From assembly GCA_030704615.1 (NCBI GenBank), contig CM060732.1:82274001-82338000 (forward strand): a stretch of DNA of 64,000 nt, given 5' to 3'. Position 1 is the first letter of the stretch. Every line of letters starts with the position of its first letter. Shown here piece by piece: positions 60,861 through 64,000 of this stretch. Made by a program: the position numbers and the translations under genes. The notes under the pieces are model-generated. The model was not told the DNA's origin and did not search any database. It worked only from the letters and a program-made list of their open reading frames with translations. Source of the stretch: Takakia lepidozioides (Eukaryota > Plantae > Bryophyta).

Positions 60861-63810
60861 TCAATGGCTGCCAAGTCGGGCTGGCTGACCAAAGTGCGTC
60901 CGGACATGGCGTGTCAAATCCACTTTATAGCCAAACAACCGCCCACAACCTGTAAACCTGCAGGGATACATTCCATCATACCCATTCAAGTTAAGAGACT
61001 CTGGCTTGAACCCATGACAAAACTGCATGTTACAAGAACCCTGCAGTTGGAACAGAGGGTTGTATAGCATCAAAGGATTGGCCTCATGGTCCCCTGCCAG
61101 GAGCAGTTTGTAGGTGGATACTCCTGACTGTGAACCATGGCAGTAAGACCAAATCATTTTGTGATCCAACTCGCTGGAGATTTGGAGATTTGGATGTCTG
61201 AGCATAAATATATCAACAATATAGTACACGCATTCCGGCAAACTAACAGATGTCTAACGCTCAACTGCTCGGTCTTCTTGCATAACTACTGATCTTTACA
61301 GATAGCAGTCTTAACAAGGGGTCCCTTACGTGCATTGAAAGGGCTTCTCCCCTGTGTGTGTCCTCATGTGACCATGGAGCGAGTTGGCCCATTTGAACGT
61401 CTTCCCACACCCTTCCCAAGGGCAACTAAGTGGTCTCTCATCACTGTGTGTCTTTTGATGAACAACCTGACCTCAAAAGATAAGCACACAAACATGGATC
61501 ACTTTTTTTGATTCGTCCTGTGAAAAGAACTCGGAACATCGAAACAAAAAACAACCAACATTAGGCCCTCTCTGCATTGTGTACGCTAGTGCTTTGGCAT
61601 TTCTGTACACTCTCTCCTTGTCAATATATGTTACACTTGCTGTTGCAGACTTGTTCTACTGTTTAGAGTGTTCTCATCAAAAGCATTCTTTCCTCACTGA
61701 GAGTCACTAACACTCTTTGTACGTTGGAACTTCGAACGGAGGCTAATGGGTCATATTGGCACTCTTCCAGTAGAGACAAATAGAGAAACAAACTGCAGAG
61801 GATCCCAGATTTCAGACAGCAATTGCGGCTGCAGAAAGCTTAAAAACAACCGCCAAGTGCTTCGAAATCTCAGTCTCTTCCTCTTTACTGTGAATTGATC
61901 ATGATAACCATAAAGCCCTTTGGACCAGAGTATTGTGAATTCTCTCTCCTACTTACTAGTATCTTAACACCTACCCCTTACCTTCAAACTTAGAGAAATG
62001 AGGCGGGTAATTACCAGGCGCTCCCGAAAAGCGAAACGTTTGTTGCAGCCCTCAAATGTGCACTTGTGAGAGCGCTCGTGCTTCTTCATGTGCCGACATA
62101 GTAGCTGCTTACTTGGGAAGCAGAGGCTGCACCCTTCAAATGTGCAAATATAGGGACGCTCCCCACTGCATCTCCACAACACCTCAACACCTCCTCTTAG
62201 ATTTAAGGAAGACACAAAGAATACCATATGAAATTCTGTCTAATCCTTTCAAACTGGAAGTGGTCTCACCGTGCAAATAAATGGTAAGAAGTCTCCAAAA
62301 ACATGTATGAGTCAATCCTGTCCAACAGGTCCTAATAAGAAAACTGCGCTATGATCCAGACTATGACCTCATGACCATGGATGGTACCTGTGCTCATTCA
62401 AATGGTCTCGAAGATTGCCAGGTGTGGCAAACCGACGACCACATCCTGGATGTGTACAATCATGCACTTTCTCAGTCAATGCCAGCATCTTCTTAGTCTC
62501 ATCCAACATCTGCACACACCCATGATGCTGAAAGTGAGGGGCAAAGTAGAGAAGCGGAGTCTGCAATGTCTACAACTTACTCAAAGTGTGGAATACAACT
62601 TAGTTTATATCCCATGTGGTGTTTATGACCCATTGAGGAAGTTCAGATGACATGCAGCTTAAGGCATAGACGACTTCAACAATTTGCCAGTGCTTGTGTA
62701 AGAGAGAGAGTTGCAAACCCAAGTAAGGCCCCACCTTCTCCATCTGTGCCATGGTCAGATCTTGCCATGGAGTTTCAAGCAATGAAGGTGACACGTCTAC
62801 CCCTGGATTAGACTCAGCCAGAGCGCGGAAAGCCATTGCCAGCTCTTGTGTCTCCTGCCCCTTCAAAGTGTCGAACCTTTTTAATACCATCCCCGGTTTG
62901 TTAGACTCTGGATCCAAAGTTGTTGGCATGCAAGGAGCTGAGTAAGTATACAATCTTGTCAACAAAGGAATGTGAACCAACTTCAACCCTGAAAAAGTTG
63001 GTCATAATCAGGACTACAATGTGTAACACATATATAACAACCTTCTTACAGCAGATCCATAACAGACTGATCATACAAATCATAGCAGATCAAAACAGAC
63101 CGATACCACCAAACTTTCATCACCATCCGTTCCTCGATCCTTGCCGACTCTTCCAGGCCCAACCAGCAGACCTCAGGGTGTGAACTTCAGACTTTCAAGA
63201 CGAGAGAAAGGGGAAGTGCATGGGAGGTGATTTGAGCTTTCTACTAATCAGACTTCTCTATGAAGCATAGCTGAGCCCCTGGGTGCAGCCACAAGGATGC
63301 AAGCGTACTGGACAAAATCACTGAGGACTGAAGACCAAAGCAAAAATCAATGGTCTACAAGTTAATTGTACAGCAAGTTGCACCTTGAAAGTGATAACAG
63401 TACACTAGTGCTTTGCCATTCTTTAGTTGCAACAATCTGACGAAGTAAAGAGTTAGCTCAAAACAATTCTTAGCTGAGGGAAAGAACAAAAGGAATCCCA
63501 CCTCCAATTATCACAGGATATACGACGATCATATTCAAGCTACCGACCTCAAACTTTGATACAATCAACCATTATAGTGTACGATCCAGAGTTCTGGTGA
63601 TACATCAAAGCTGCATGATTTCAAATGTGACTAATGAGCGAGGCACTCACTTTGTACGTTTCCACTTGTTGAGGGCGGGTTTGCGGATCGCACTTCTTTT
63701 GCCGTGCATGTCAAAAACCCCATTGGCACTAACAGTGGCATTCACAAACCTCTCCAGGCTTCCCGCATGTCTCTCACTTACCAGCTTCATTAACTTCTGA
63801 TGTGCTGTTA
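60861..63810 (-). CDS. C2H2 zinc-finger transcription factor (5 CxxxxC fingers); upstream exon structure uncertain, start probably beyond the right edge
   Basis: Exons give [115 protein letters not shown]. Confidence 0.88.
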
Positions 63811-64000
63811 TCACACACGCAGAAATGTAAGAGTCATGAGTGGTGGTGCATTGCCTCAAACGAGCCAGCCATTGCAGGAGAATCCAACATTGTCTTAAGG
63901 TTTTGTCTTCCTCTCATCACACTGCGTGTGACCAACTTCTGTCAGACAGAACCAATCATTTGAGAAAAACTTCATCGACGACCTTGCACTCATTCAGCTT

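Overview
Eukaryotic nuclear DNA from a seed-free land plant, probably a bryophyte (GT-AG introns, PLS-type PPR motifs, an axonemal dynein p28 gene implying flagellated sperm). About 1.3-20.8 kb is a nest of transposons: a long inverted repeat, split by a minus-strand non-autonomous Helitron (2789-19391), containing a plus-strand Helitron (3103-18857), containing a ~12.8 kb non-LTR retrotransposon (4340-17109) with a 13-bp TSD. That retroelement is the most unusual feature. It has the dual-endonuclease Dualen/RandI layout (APE, RT, RNase H, Zn-knuckle plus restriction-like endonuclease), a chromodomain and a PCIF1-like methyltransferase-like segment. It also carries a mosaic of PLS-class PPR motifs fused in frame upstream of a 2A-like GDIHPNPGP motif and the APE domain. 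The rest of the window holds host genes: a P-type ATPase 5' exon, CYP65/PPIL2, a GT31 galactosyltransferase with one frameshift, a GT47 exostosin, dynein p28 (absent from the ORF track), a membrane protein, a broken bulb-type lectin and a C2H2 zinc-finger gene. Further mobile DNA includes a piggyBac-type MITE, SINE-like inserts, an L1 relic and a Replitron HUH transposase relic. All family assignments come from motif recognition by eye; no database search was run.
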